A DNA stretch of 20,000 nt, taken from assembly GCF_000485595.1 (NCBI RefSeq), contig NW_014577084.1:853641-873640 (forward strand). The letters run 5' to 3'. Under the pieces are notes generated by a model. The model was not told where the DNA came from and searched no databases. It saw only the letters and a list, made by a program, of their open reading frames with translations. The stretch is from Priapulus caudatus (Eukaryota). Made by a program: the position numbers and the translations under genes. Of this stretch, positions 1 to 12,576 are shown piece after piece. Numbering within the stretch: the first letter of the stretch is position 1; each line of letters begins with the position of its first letter.

Positions 1-1106
1 TGATTTCTTATTTTTAGTCGATCCGTTTAACTAACTTTATCATATATATGCGTTTTCGAATTTCAGCGTGATTGATGGTTGACGTTCCTGAACAGTTTCC
101 AAGCATAATGTTTCCTTTTTGGCCGCTGCATATAGTTATCACGCCCACGAGTCAACATGATTATATTGCAAGCCTTGCCGGCAATGGCCACCCCGCTGAC
201 TGCCTTGAGAAATTTCAGCAAGGGATCGAGAGGTCGGCTTCCTGCGGCCGGATGCTTGCTGCGCAGCTTTTAACCATTCTAGAAAGAAGGCGTTTCGTTG
301 GCAACGTTTCAACACAAGCAATTATGGCGTTCTTAATAAACAGTTCATTAGTAGTGTTTCGTGCGTGGATTGAAGGAGGGCCACGGGGAACAAATAACTG
401 TAACAAGTAGTCTATAGTCTAGAGACCAACGCCGAGAGCTTTCGCGGACTGGGAACAGCTCGCAGACTTAAAACAAAACAAAAGCTAGCCGAGTGCTGCT
501 TGTGATTTTTGGTTTCAACGCTGACACAAACATATTTTTTCATGGGTGCTGGTGATTTGAAGTAGTACTGTTTACAGCACGTGGCTATTAGGTAAAGTGA
601 AGCCATTCATCCATGGCACGGCATATAGGAGAATACTACGCATTTTTGCAAAACATCGCTTGAAAGATTCCCAGTATCGCAGCTGATAGAGTCTATAGAC
701 ACTAATTGCTTTGCCAAGTTGTCTTCTGATACCATAACACACACAAAATATAGTGGATGTGCAAAGATTCTTGAGCGGAGAACATGGATAGAGTGTAGAA
801 AAAAGCATCGCAAAAACTATTACGATTTATTAACCTTCGGCGGAATAAAACAGTCGTATTTGATTTGAAACAGCTGTGATGTTTGTGATCGTGCAACGTT
901 TTTAGTGATTATTATTTCAACTCTAGCATACTTGTAAAATTGATCTACTTTTCCTATTTAGACGCGGTGATATGTCTAGAAAAACAACCCTGTCAGCTGT
1001 TTACCAATCATACATCAAAAACGCTTGTAAGCTATAATCTGCTACTTGGCTTAGATACATATCAGATACACATTCCCTATTATTTACTTCTGATACATAT
1101 CTACCT

Positions 1107-1382
1107 TTATATCAAGAGCTAATAATACATATAATAGCTATATAATAGGTATTATTAGCTATTGTTTATATGCATTTAGTCGCGTGTCGATTAACAATGA
1201 TTGTGGATGGCAGTGACTCATTTAGTTAATTCGTTTCACTAATCGCACCTACCGATTCCGTTTTCTAACACTCTTCCTGCACCTGGTAAGCGTATCGGCT
1301 GTTCGCCTTTTCACATTTAATGCATTGTTGTAGGATAGATATCCAAGGACTAATAATACAATATTATTAGCTCTTGATATAA
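1107..1382. mobile_element. MITE-like inverted-repeat element, or a pair of short palindromic elements of one family
   Basis: Perfect 21-bp inverted repeat TTATATCAAGAGCTAATAATA (1107-1127) / TATTATTAGCTCTTGATATAA (1362-1382). Each end is itself a hairpin: 1113-1128 with 1149-1164 (15/16) and 1344-1358 with 1362-1376 (13/15). Confidence 0.65.
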
Positions 1383-1691
1383 TTAACGCAGGCCGGGCGT
1401 ACGTGAGCCGGACTTTATAACTAGTCATTTATTTTTCAGCATGTTAATTGGATTTTTTCATCCATGTCATTAGTTGCCGTTTGTCAACAGATATAGCTTC
1501 GTTGGTCGTGACGTGCAATTAAGCCTACGTGGATTTCCTCACGATTCAACGACTTCATATATTACATGCCCTTGAGCCACAGTAGTCCGCGGTTCACGAA
1601 GAATCTAGTCTGTAAATTGTCATCACTAGATGATGTTGATCATCTTTATTATGTACTCAAATCAATAAAGTAACCATCTCTTACTTTTCAG

Positions 1692-1796
1692 AGCACCGGA
1701 GAAGAGGAAGATGGAGCGAAAATTGTTACGGTTGAAACAAAGCAGAACACTCAGACGAACGAGGTTATATCCAGTGGCAACGTTGAGACTTGCGAG
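1692..1796 (+). CDS. Candidate internal coding exon of an unidentified gene (105 nt; phase-0 reading STGEEEDGAKIVTVETKQNTQTNEVISSGNVETCE)
   Basis: Pyrimidine-rich acceptor ctcttacttttcag, donor GAG|gtgaga, length divisible by 3, open frame, and purine-rich composition unlike the flanks. No domain recognised. Confidence 0.55.
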
Positions 1797-2593
1797 GTGA
1801 GATGCGCGCTCTCTCAAAATCTACGCCAGATGATCACTGGCTCATGTGCTAAGGTATTGATAGCCTTCATTATCGGATTACTGACTTCCATGTCATCGTA
1901 AATCTTTCGTGTGCCATCTGCACATCGGAACTGGAAGACTATTTATATGCGTCTTCGCTTCTTTCACTGCAGAAATTCGTTACCATTGGCTCAGATTTCT
2001 CTAGAAGATGAGATTTGCCTATAACATGTTTGTTTTACACACCTCTAAAATTAGGATCGATGCGTTAGTGGTGCGCGTACACTACATACATATATATAAT
2101 ATACACGTATACAGCGTATTTTAGATGTGGTGTGATCATATATATAATATATATATATGAGTATGTACTACCCCCCCTCCGCCATTATATATATATATGA
2201 TGTGATCAGTGTTTACTACTGTACTCGGCAGACTTGGGCAAATATGTTAGTATCTTAATAGGTGACGTGAAACTTTTGGAGCTAGTCTCCAACGGCCAAG
2301 TTTTCGATTATGTTGGTTTTATATAAAACGGTTTTATATAATTGGTATATACTACATCAAAATCTGTCTGTGGCACGTACGGTAGGTACGTTTAAATTGT
2401 GGAGGCTAATCTACATAGTCATTAATATAAACATTCTTAATAAAGCATGTCTGTTGTCTATATGCATAGTATATATATAAGACATATGCATAGTATAACG
2501 AAATGATTAACATCATGCCAAAGGTTAACTACGCGATTATTCGTATAAAACCTTTTTTTACAATTAGTATATATAGTAAATAAGTAAATCATT

Positions 2594-2702
2594 TTCGTTG
2601 ACGTTCGTTGAGGCCTTCGTTGACGTTCTCTACTTGATTACTAATACGTTCGTAGTAGTCAGAAAACAATCGTACCCGCCAAGGCCTTCGTTGACGTTCT
2701 TC
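2594..2702 (+). repeat. Short clustered direct repeats of TTCGTTGACGTTC / AGGCCTTCGTTGACGTTCT
   Basis: Copies at ~2594, ~2611-2629 and ~2682-2700. Also present in copy B. Confidence 0.7.
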
Positions 2703-5170
2703 TGGCGCTATTGTTTCTCATGGGATCATCATGAGCTAGATCAGTGGCATGTTTTTGTGCAGCTGTGTGTACATTTTAGAACCTACCTTATTTGTAATTC
2801 GTTGTCATAAATTAGTGGACAGAAATATCCGAACATGACTATGTTCAATATCAAATATCATCAATTGCTTCCAACTCTCAATTGCCCACTCCACCTTAAG
2901 CCTTAGATGAGCAGTGACGCACTGCGCCCCAGCTGAATTTCTCATGAGTGTAGTGGAACAGGGGAGGAGAAGGCAGAGATAGTTAGAATGAAGTAGAAGT
3001 GAGGGGGAAGACTGAGAATTGAGTTTTGACAAGGAGAAAGGGTTCGGGCATAGAGGCGATAAGAAGGATGAGGAAAATGAGAAGCGGGGAAGAACAAAGG
3101 AAATGTGAGATGAGTGCACACGAGAGGTAAACCCTACATTATGTACTCATCTCTTGATCTCGCCGTTTCATCCCAGGTTCAATAACATTTCTATTTGTGT
3201 GCTAATGTCTAGCCATCTTTGTCTTGTAATCATTGTATATGCGAGGGCTTAGTGTAATTGCCACTTTCTCTGCCAATCGTGCAAAGTTCGAAACCTTTGT
3301 CTGAGAGCAGGCGTATTATCTGGTACACGCAGTGCATGTGGGTCAAGCCAGAAATGCTCTCGGTATATTTATTATCATTAAACGGACCACCCGTATTGAA
3401 AGTCACTTTACAGCAACCTTAGAAGCTGACACTAATCTTGCTTGCGTGTTCATAGTGAAGGTTTTGTAAAGAAAGGCCAGATTATCTGATTCACTTTCTT
3501 GACATTGTACTGAGAACTTGGTTAAGCGAGTAAGCCCATCGGCCTTCTCGCACGAGAACGCGCTCCTATTTTTCGTAACTGCGGAATTCTTGCTTGACGG
3601 GCGCGGCGAGTATATATACATACATACATTCATGGCGAAGTCGGGTGTTAGCCATTTGTTTACCCTGGCATGTGAAACAGTCGTGCATTTGTTTACTGTT
3701 GTGCTAAATACTAAATACGATCTAGCTGAGAGCAATTTTGAGCTGCTCTGGCCTCTATTGAGCCATGAACTTGTAGACGTTGTTTTTTTACAACAGCTAG
3801 AATCTACTAAAGCTTTACCCATCATAATGTATGTAATTTCTGCACACGGATCATTATAAATGCAGGGTCGCTTGGGGCCACTTACTATGCCTGATATAAC
3901 TTATACAGCACTAATAATCTATATTTATAGTATAGTGTACAGCGATGGATTTTCACTCATATACATGATAGTTAATTATGTGTGAATATTCATTTGTAGA
4001 TCATGCTGATAATAATTAAGTTATAGGGCGATAACTTCAGCTACTATATGACAAAAATTTGCGTAGAAATCGAGTACTAGAAACGATCGAATGTCGTACG
4101 AAGATCAAAGCGAAATAAAAACAACCACAATTTCAAAATCGGCTGGAGTTTATTGCATGTGGGTATTAAACATTTTATGGGACTAGTAAATTGTACCATC
4201 ATTCCTCAATTTCGTCGTCAACATCACAAAATATTTACGCAAATTAAAAACGCAACCAACGTAAGCACATGCATGGGCTGTCAGTCTGTCGTAAAATTTA
4301 AATGACTACTACGGGTCAACTTGACAGTCAGTATATGGTAGGTTAAATTCGATTTCTTGCTAATTAAATGAGCGGCACCGTGCACCTTTGCGATGTCACG
4401 TGATATACATATAGGCCTACTGTTATCAGGAATGAATATAAGTTGTTTTCATTCACCCTTGGCACGTATATTAAATTACTCGCGTTCTTGATATTTGAGC
4501 AAGCTTAAGAAAGCGCTGCGCCTATAGAAAACTCAACGAATGTTTTTCGTGTAGCGCATTCTTAGAATTACGTAAACTTCAAGACTGCATGCAACATACA
4601 CAGTTGAAATGATCTCTTTATACCGCGTGAGTGATCGAGGCATAGGCATAACCAGTACTATTATATATACTAGAGTATATTACTTTATAACGGACAGGCG
4701 CACCGCGTCTGTTGTTTCGATTGCCAATGGAATGAAATGTATCATCAGGTCACGACGTACATGGCGTTTATTATAAGCAGCGATCAGTAGGTACTTAAGC
4801 ACGTATATTATGTAGTGTTTGGCTCTATTAGTTATACTAGCTCAAATATTCGCGTGTCACTCATTGCAGGAACGACTGACCTATTCTAACGTGTAAGCGT
4901 GATAATTTCTCACTAGTAGGTTAGAACGTGTATACGTGGACGCGCGGGCGGTATGGTCTCATAGGTTCGGGGAATGTGGTGATTGTTAATGCCCCCACCG
5001 GAACCCTGGCTTAGAAGTGACATTCACGTGCACGCCTAGCTACTGTTCGTGATACGTTGCATTCCAAGCCAAACATAGTTGACAGAAGGTATTTCTCCAC
5101 GTTGTATCTCTGTCTGGATCTGCCCGTTTTTCTTCCTTTCCTCCTCGGCCGAGCCAGGCGATTTCTCAAA

Positions 5171-5297
5171 TATATATATATATTATATATATATGCGTGC
5201 GTGCGTGCGTGCGTGCGTGTATGCGTGCGTGCGTGCGTCGCACGCACGCACGCATACACGCACGCACGTTCGCACGAGCTTACGCTGCGTGCGTGCA
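5171..5297. repeat. Compound microsatellite (TA)n-(GCGT)n-(GCAC)n forming a palindrome
   Basis: Arms 5208-5237 and 5239-5268 are perfect 30-bp reverse complements with a 1-nt spacer. Confidence 0.93.
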
Positions 5298-7162
5298 CAT
5301 ACATGCACGTAAGTATGGCTCCAGCTTGCGTGCAGCTAGACTGACTCCGTGAATCGTTCCGAGGCAACCTAGCGGACAGCGATAAGTTCGGGCGAAAGGG
5401 TACGCCATTCTTCGCGCGTGAGCTTCTATTGTTATTCCAACTGGGTCAGACAGACTGCGGTCGCGGAGATCCGACTGATCTAGAATGGGCAAGACACTAG
5501 TGGCATTCATCGTGCCATTGCCCAACCAGCTACGATAATGATGTAGCAACTAGCATTTGCCGGGAGGCGTGTTGCGGCTGGTTATATTATTAGGCTGGCT
5601 ATTAGATGTACTTGGCTAACAAATTCTAGCGCCATATGACACACTGCCTAACACTGTTTACTGCTATTATCTCACTACGTGAGCGTATTCAGCAGAAGCA
5701 AAAGGACTGTGCATAATGTGAAGCATTCTACTGTAAATTATTTTTTCTCTATGGCATAAAAAGTACCAGAGAGGAAAGTAAATTAAAGGGCCTTTAGTAG
5801 CCAATGAACTTCATTTTTGTTGGTCAAGGACATTTTGTTTTGATTCGGGCAGCAGATAAGTCGTGTTACCTTGGGTGTAGCGCACAAATATTCTTAGCCA
5901 CAAGTAACTATACACACGTGCGATTTTTCCACGAGTGAGGGTTTTTCGTGTATATATACCGACCGTCGTATACGTACCGACACATCCACCCACAGAGACC
6001 CCCGTGGATGAAAGAGTAAACACATGAAACAGCTAGGTTGCTAGCGTCTGCGGCAACTGTACTAGAGCTACTAGGTTGCGAATTTTTCCTGCTTTACTTG
6101 ATTTCATCGTGCTGCAATTTTCTAAAGACCGTTTTAGTGTATGTGTGATATGAAAAAGCCATGTTAATGCTACTAGGAATGTTTCATGTAGATCGAGTTA
6201 CAAAGATTGTTACGTTGTTTTACACCGCGCGGCGTAACTGGATTGTCGCATGTTGGTCAGTGGGTCGTATCGTAGAATACTTGTGTAACACATGTCGTTT
6301 CAGCCAGATCGTTCAAAATTATTCAAAACTAGTAGCAGGTTTATTAGCATGTGGGCATGACTCGTTATATTTTATGGCCGTAAGCTACAGTAGTAAAGTC
6401 AGGCTATCATTGTAACTCCTTGTAGTATATATGTTACATGTGGTATGTTGTGTATTGTAATTACGGCCTATAGTTACGTGCACCATAGAGATTCATTCAG
6501 GGATTATATAGACCGACAGAAAAAACATGGCGGCATGGAATTTAGCACAAAAATTAGGCAAAGAAATAAGTTCACTCAGAAACAGACATGAAAAAAAAAC
6601 ATTTTTAAGATGTCTTACTGAAAGTACTGTATCGTGAGTGTATCTTTTCTTTGGACAAAAACACAATATAAGACATCAGTGTAGTATTTAGAAGTAGTTT
6701 ACTATCAAAACCTCTTCTATTTCCTTCTCAAAGGTGCTATATTTTATATGGAGGTCTTGCATGAAATATCTCTTAACCAACCATAGACAAGTCGCAGTAA
6801 TCTCCTTACCTAAATGTTCCATAGGATTACAGTAGTTGTATTCGGGAGCGTATAATTTACCTGTTTTGCCTGGGGGGTGCAAAGCCACGTGCGTGTTGTA
6901 CGTTCTGGGAGGGTAACCACCATTGACCATGTAAAGTATATATCAACATATTTCTCTGTATTACCCGCCCCCCTCGCTAGCTACGGCACAAAATGCGCAA
7001 ACCAAGGTTCACTGTGTTGCAAAACCAAATCTGTATCGCTAATAGCGTTACCAATGGAATTTGCTGATATCAGCGTTTTGTTTATTACGTCTATATTATC
7101 GCTGGGGTAGGTCGTAATAATACTACGACGGTCTTTGGTTAGAAATTTAGGCAGATAAGATC

Positions 7163-7221
7163 AGATCTATGTCCCCCTGACCTCTGTTTGACCTGGCTCG
7201 TTTAGCTATTTCTGACTAATA
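7163..7221. mobile_element. Left arm only of the same fold-back element in copy A, truncated at the gap
   Basis: Matches 15588-15646 and breaks off in the TA tract at the N-gap. Confidence 0.65.
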
Positions 7222-7231
7222 NNNNNNNNNN
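7222..7231. other. Assembly gap (10 N) at the end of duplication copy A
   Basis: Run of N flanked on both sides by TA-rich sequence. Confidence 0.99.
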
Positions 7232-7853
7232 TATACATATATATATAGTTTAAGTGGTGAACAGTGTGACGGTATTTGTCAAGAATCGCCAGAGGGTAAT
7301 TTGACAATATCGCTTCACTAACCAGTCACTACAGGTCGATGACGTTAGGCGTGCCAATTGGAATCCTGTCCGTTTATCATTGTTATTGCGTGCGGTAGAC
7401 CTGTCGCGCTGCATTTCGCTGTTTGTTCTCCCCTAGGCTTGTGAAAGACATTCTAAAGAACGATGTCAATGTTGTCATAAAGCAATTGACACCATTGTTA
7501 GTTAATGACACCAACGGCGTTTTATATTACACTTTATAAGCTTCTTGTTATAGTTAGTTGTTGGTTATCGAGAACTTGATAAGTAATGCTGATTCTAATC
7601 GGTTGTATATGTTGTTGTGATACTATGGTAAAGTTTGTAGTATGTATGTTTTAACATACCATATATACGCTTGCCAAGTTCATAAGCTTGCTAAAATGAG
7701 TTTTGATTTGCTATACAATTAAAATATAGCAACAATTAATGTTATGCATTTTTAAGTAACGATTTAAAGGTATGACTAACGGGTATATGTCACTCGTGTT
7801 TAAACAGTGCAATTCGGATTAAGTTTCAATAACATAATAAGCCTTAATTCAAG

Positions 7854-7888
7854 TCGAATCGAATCGAGTCGAATCGAGTCGAATCGAA
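7854..7888. repeat. Pentamer microsatellite (TCGAA/TCGAG) x7
   Basis: tcgaa tcgaa tcgag tcgaa tcgag tcgaa tcgaa. Confidence 0.9.
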
Positions 7889-9193
7889 GTCTGGTGTGAT
7901 TTAATGGTAGAGCCACATATTGCGTCGCTGGGAAATTACTACTCAAACTTTATTTTAGTTACTTTAACCAAGTGTACTGTGTACTTTGCGTGTATGTGCT
8001 TGTAAACCAATGCCTGTGTCATAATTTATTAACCGGTTTTTCGATCATAATTTAAACACTTATCGTTTACACTTACCGAAATACATGTGATTTCTTATTT
8101 TTAGTCGATCCGTTTAACTAACTTTATCATATATATGCGTTTTCGAATTTCAGCGTGATTGATGGTTGACGTTCCTGAACAGTTTCCAAGCATAATGTTT
8201 CCTTTTTGGCCGCTGCATATAGTTATCACGCCCACGAGTCAACATGATTATATTGCAAGCCTTGCCGGCAATGGCCACCCCGCTGACTGCCTTGAGAAAT
8301 TTCAGCAAGGGATCGAGAGGTCGGCTTCCTGCGGCCGGATGCTTGCTGCGCAGCTTTTAACCATTCTAGAAAGAAGGCGTTTCGTTGGCAACGTTTCAAC
8401 ACAAGCAATTATGGCGTTCTTAATAAACAGTTCATTAGTAGTGTTTCGTGCGTGGATTGAAGGAGGGCCACGGGGAACAAATAACTGTAACAAGTAGTCT
8501 ATAGTCTAGAGACCAACGCCGAGAGCTTTCGCGGACTGGGAACAGCTCGCAGACTTAAAACAAAACAAAAGCTAGCCGAGTGCTGCTTGTGATTTTTGGT
8601 TTCAACGCTGACACAAACATATTTTTTCATGGGTGCTGGTGATTTGAAGTAGTACTGTTTACAGCACGTGGCTATTAGGTAAAGTGAAGCCATTCATCCA
8701 TGGCACGGCATATAGGAGAATACTACGCATTTTTGCAAAACATCGCTTGAAAGATTCCCAGTATCGCAGCTGATAGAGTCTATAGACACTAATTGCTTTG
8801 CCAAGTTGTCTTCTGATACCATAACACACACAAAATATAGTGGATGTGCAAAGATTCTTGAGCGGAGAACATGGATAGAGTGTAGAAAAAAGCATCGCAA
8901 AAACTATTACGATTTATTAACCTTCGGCGGAATAAAACAGTCGTATTTGATTTGAAACAGCTGTGATGTTTGTGATCGTGCAACGTTTTTAGTGATTATT
9001 ATTTCAACTCTAGCATACTTGTAAAATTGATCTACTTTTCCTATTTAGACGCGGTGATATGTCTAGAAAAACAACCCTGTCAGCTGTTTACCAATCATAC
9101 ATCAAAAACGCTTGTAAGCTATAATCTGCTACTTGGCTTAGATACATATCAGATACACATTCCCTATTATTTACTTCTGATACATATCTACCT

Positions 9194-9469
9194 TTATATC
9201 AAGAGCTAATAATACATATAATAGCTATATAATAGGTATTATTAGCTATTGTTTATATGCATTTAGTCGCGTGTCGATTAACAATGATTGTGGATGGCAG
9301 TGACTCATTTAGTTAATTCGTTTCACTAATCGCACCTACCGATTCCGTTTTCTAACACTCTTCCTGCACCTGGTAAGCGTATCGGCTGTTCGCCTTTTCA
9401 CATTTAATGCATTGTTGTAGGATAGATATCCAAGGACTAATAATACAATATTATTAGCTCTTGATATAA
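9194..9469. mobile_element. Copy-B counterpart of the 1107-1382 inverted-repeat element
   Basis: Same sequence at offset +8087. Confidence 0.65.
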
Positions 9470-9778
9470 TTAACGCAGGCCGGGCGTACGTGAGCCGGAC
9501 TTTATAACTAGTCATTTATTTTTCAGCATGTTAATTGGATTTTTTCATCCATGTCATTAGTTGCCGTTTGTCAACAGATATAGCTTCGTTGGTCGTGACG
9601 TGCAATTAAGCCTACGTGGATTTCCTCACGATTCAACGACTTCATATATTACATGCCCTTGAACCACAGTAGTCCGCGGTTCACGAAGAATCTAGTCTGT
9701 AAATTGTCATCACTAGATGATGTTGATCATCTTTATTATGTACTCAAATCAATAAAGTAACCATCTCTTACTTTTCAG

Positions 9779-9883
9779 AGCACCGGAGAAGAGGAAGATG
9801 GAGCGAAAATTGTTACGGTTGAAACAAAGCAGAACACTCAGACGAACGAGGTTATATCCAGTGGCAACGTTGAGACTTGCGAG
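9779..9883 (+). CDS. Duplicate of candidate exon 1692-1796
   Basis: Same sequence and splice signals at offset +8087. Confidence 0.55.
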
Positions 9884-12576
9884 GTGAGATGCGCGCTCTC
9901 TGAAAATCTACGCCAGATGATCACTGGCTCATGTGCTAAGGTATTGATAGCCTTCATTATCGGATTACTGACTTCCATGTCATCGTAAATCTTTCGTGTG
10001 CCATCTGCACATCGGAACTGGAAGACTATTTATATGCGTCTTCGCTTCTTTCACTGCAGAAATTCGTTACCATTGGCTCAGATTTCTCTAGAAGATGAGA
10101 TTTGCCTATAACATGTTTGTTTTACACACCTCTAAAATTAGGATCGATGCGTTAGTGGTGCGCGTACACTACATACATATATATAATATACACGTATACA
10201 GCGTATTTTAGATGTGGTGTGATCATATATATAATATATATATATGAGTATGTACTACCCCCCCTCCGCCATTATATATATATATGATGTGATCAGTGTT
10301 TACTACTGTACTCGGCAGACTTGGGCAAATATGTTAGTATCTTAATAGGTGACGTGAAACTTTTGGAGCTAGTCTCCAACGGCCAAGTTTTCGATTATGT
10401 TGGTTTTATATAAAACGGTTTTATATAATTGGTATATACTACATCAAAATCTGTCTGTGGCACGTACGGTAGGTACGTTTAAATTGTGGAGGCTAATCTA
10501 CATAGTCATTAATATAAACATTCTTAATAAAGCATGTCTGTTGTCTGAAGACATATGCATAGTATAACGAAATGATTAACATCATGCCAAAGGTTAACTA
10601 CGCGATTATTCGTATAAAACCTTTTTTTACAATTAGTATATATAGTAAATAAGTAAATCATTTTCGTTGACGTTCGTTGAGGCCTTCGTTGACGTTCTCT
10701 ACTTGATTACTAATACGTTCGTAGTAGTCAGAAAACAATCGTACCCGCCAAGGCCTTCGTTGACGTTCTTCTGGCGCTATTGTTTCTCATGGGATCATCA
10801 TGAGCTAGATCAGTGGCATGTTTTTGTGCAGCTGTGTGTACATTTTAGAACCTACCTTATTTGTAATTCGTTGTCATAAATTAGTGGACAGAAATATCCG
10901 AACATGACTATGTTCAATATCAAATATCATCAATTGCTTCCAACTCTCAATTGCCCACTCCACCTTAAGCCTTAGATGAGCAGTGACGCACTGCGCCCCA
11001 GCTGAATTTCTCATGAGTGTAGTGGAACAAGGGAGGAGAAGGCAGAGATAGTTAGAATGAAGTAGAAGTGAGGGGGAAGACTGAGAATTGAGTTTTGACA
11101 AAGAGAAAGGGTTCGGGCATAGAGGCGATAAGAAGGATGAGGAAAATGAGAAGCGGGGAAGAACAAAGGAAATGTGAGATGAGTGCACACGAGAGGTAAA
11201 CCCTACATTATGTACTCATCTCTTGATCTCGCCGTTTCATCCCAGGTTCAATAACATTTCTATTTGTGTGCTAATGTCTAGCCATCTTTGTCTTGTAATC
11301 ATTGTATATGCGAGGGCTTAGTGTAATTGCCACTTTCTCTGCCAATCGTGCAAAGTTCGAAACCTTTGTCTGAGAGCAGGCGTATTATCTGGTACACGCA
11401 GTGCATGTGGGTCAAGCCAGAAATGCTCTCGGTATATTTATTATCATTAAACGGACCACCCGTATTGAAAGTCACTTTACAGCAACCTTAGAAGCTGACA
11501 CTAATCTTGCTTGCGTGTTCATAGTGAAGGTTTTGTAAAGAAAGGCCAGATTATCTGATTCACTTTCTTGACATTGTACTGAGAACTTGGTTAAGCGAGT
11601 AAGCCCATCGGCCTTCTCGCACGAGAACGCGCTCCTATTTTTCGTAACTGCGGAATTCTTGCTTGACGGGCGCGGCGAGTATATATACATACATACATTC
11701 ATGGCGAAGTCGGGTGTTAGCCATTTGTTTACCCTGGCATGTGAAACAGTCGTGCATTTGTTTACTGTTGTGCTAAATACTAAATACGATCTAGCTGAGA
11801 GCAATTTTGAGCTGCTCTGGCCTCTATTGAGCCATGAACTTGTAGACGTTGTTTTTTTACAACAGCTAGAATCTACTAAAGCTTTACCAATCATAATGTA
11901 TGTAATTTCTGCACACGGATCATTATAAATGCAGGGTCGCTTGGGGCCACTTACTATGCCTGATATAACTTATACAGCACTAATAATCTATATTTATAGT
12001 ATAGTGTACAGCGATAGATTTTCACTAATATACATGATAGTTAATTATGTGTGAATATTCATTTGTATATCATGCTGATAATAATTAAGTTATAGGGCGA
12101 TAACTTCAGCTACTATATGACAAAAATTTGCGTAGAAATCGAGTACCAGAAACGATCGAATGTCGTACGAAGATCAAAGCGAAATAAAAACAACCAAATT
12201 TCAAAATCGGCTGGAGTTTATTGCATGTGGGTATTAAACATTTTATGGAACTAGTAAATTGTACCATCATTCCTCAATTTCCTCGTCAACATCACAAAAT
12301 ATTTGCGCAAATTAAAAACGCAACCAACGTAAGCACATGCATGGGCTGTCAGTCTGTCGTAAAATTTATATGACTACTACGGGTCAACTTGACAGTCAGT
12401 ATATGGTAGGTTAAATTAGATTTCTTGCTAATTAAATGAGCGGCACCGTGCACCTTTGCGATGTCACGTGATATACATACAGGCCTACTGTTATCAGGAA
12501 TGAATATAAGTTAATTGTTTTCATTCACCCTTGGCACGTATATTAAATTACTCGCGTTCTTGATATTTGAGCAAGC

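Larger units (their letters stand above)
1..7221 (+). repeat. Copy A of a ~7.2 kb direct duplication (probably extends upstream of the window)
   Basis: Position 1 (tgatttcttatttttagtcgatcc) recurs at 8088. ORF-track entries recur at offset +8087, then +8069 after an 18-bp indel near 2460, +8467 after the element insertion, and +8425 at the end. The copy ends at the N-gap inside a TA tract. Confidence 0.97.

Noticed and set aside
2594..2702. Possible CRISPR-like repeats
   Set aside because: Repeats are too short, irregularly spaced and few, with no cas genes and a eukaryotic context.
3245..3295. Possible tRNA or SINE head (GGCTTAGTGT ... GTTCGAAACC)
   Set aside because: A-box match is weak and no cloverleaf stems could be formed.
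3403..3859. Overlapping 140-aa (-) and 113-aa (+) ORFs, with a possible exon at 3726-3828
   Set aside because: No recognisable domain and a weak acceptor. One synonymous difference between copies (3820) is not enough evidence.
5011..5367. Overlapping ORFs rich in RACV/THAR (also 13478-13943)
   Set aside because: They are products of stop-free microsatellites, and the frames differ between the two copies.
6688..6930. 80-aa minus-strand ORF
   Set aside because: The upstream part is altered by indels in copy B (15109-15375) and there is no recognisable homology.
6868..6990. Possible hAT-type MITE end (CGCTAGCTACGGCAC with G/C runs)
   Set aside because: No convincing partner TIR or 8-bp TSD was found.
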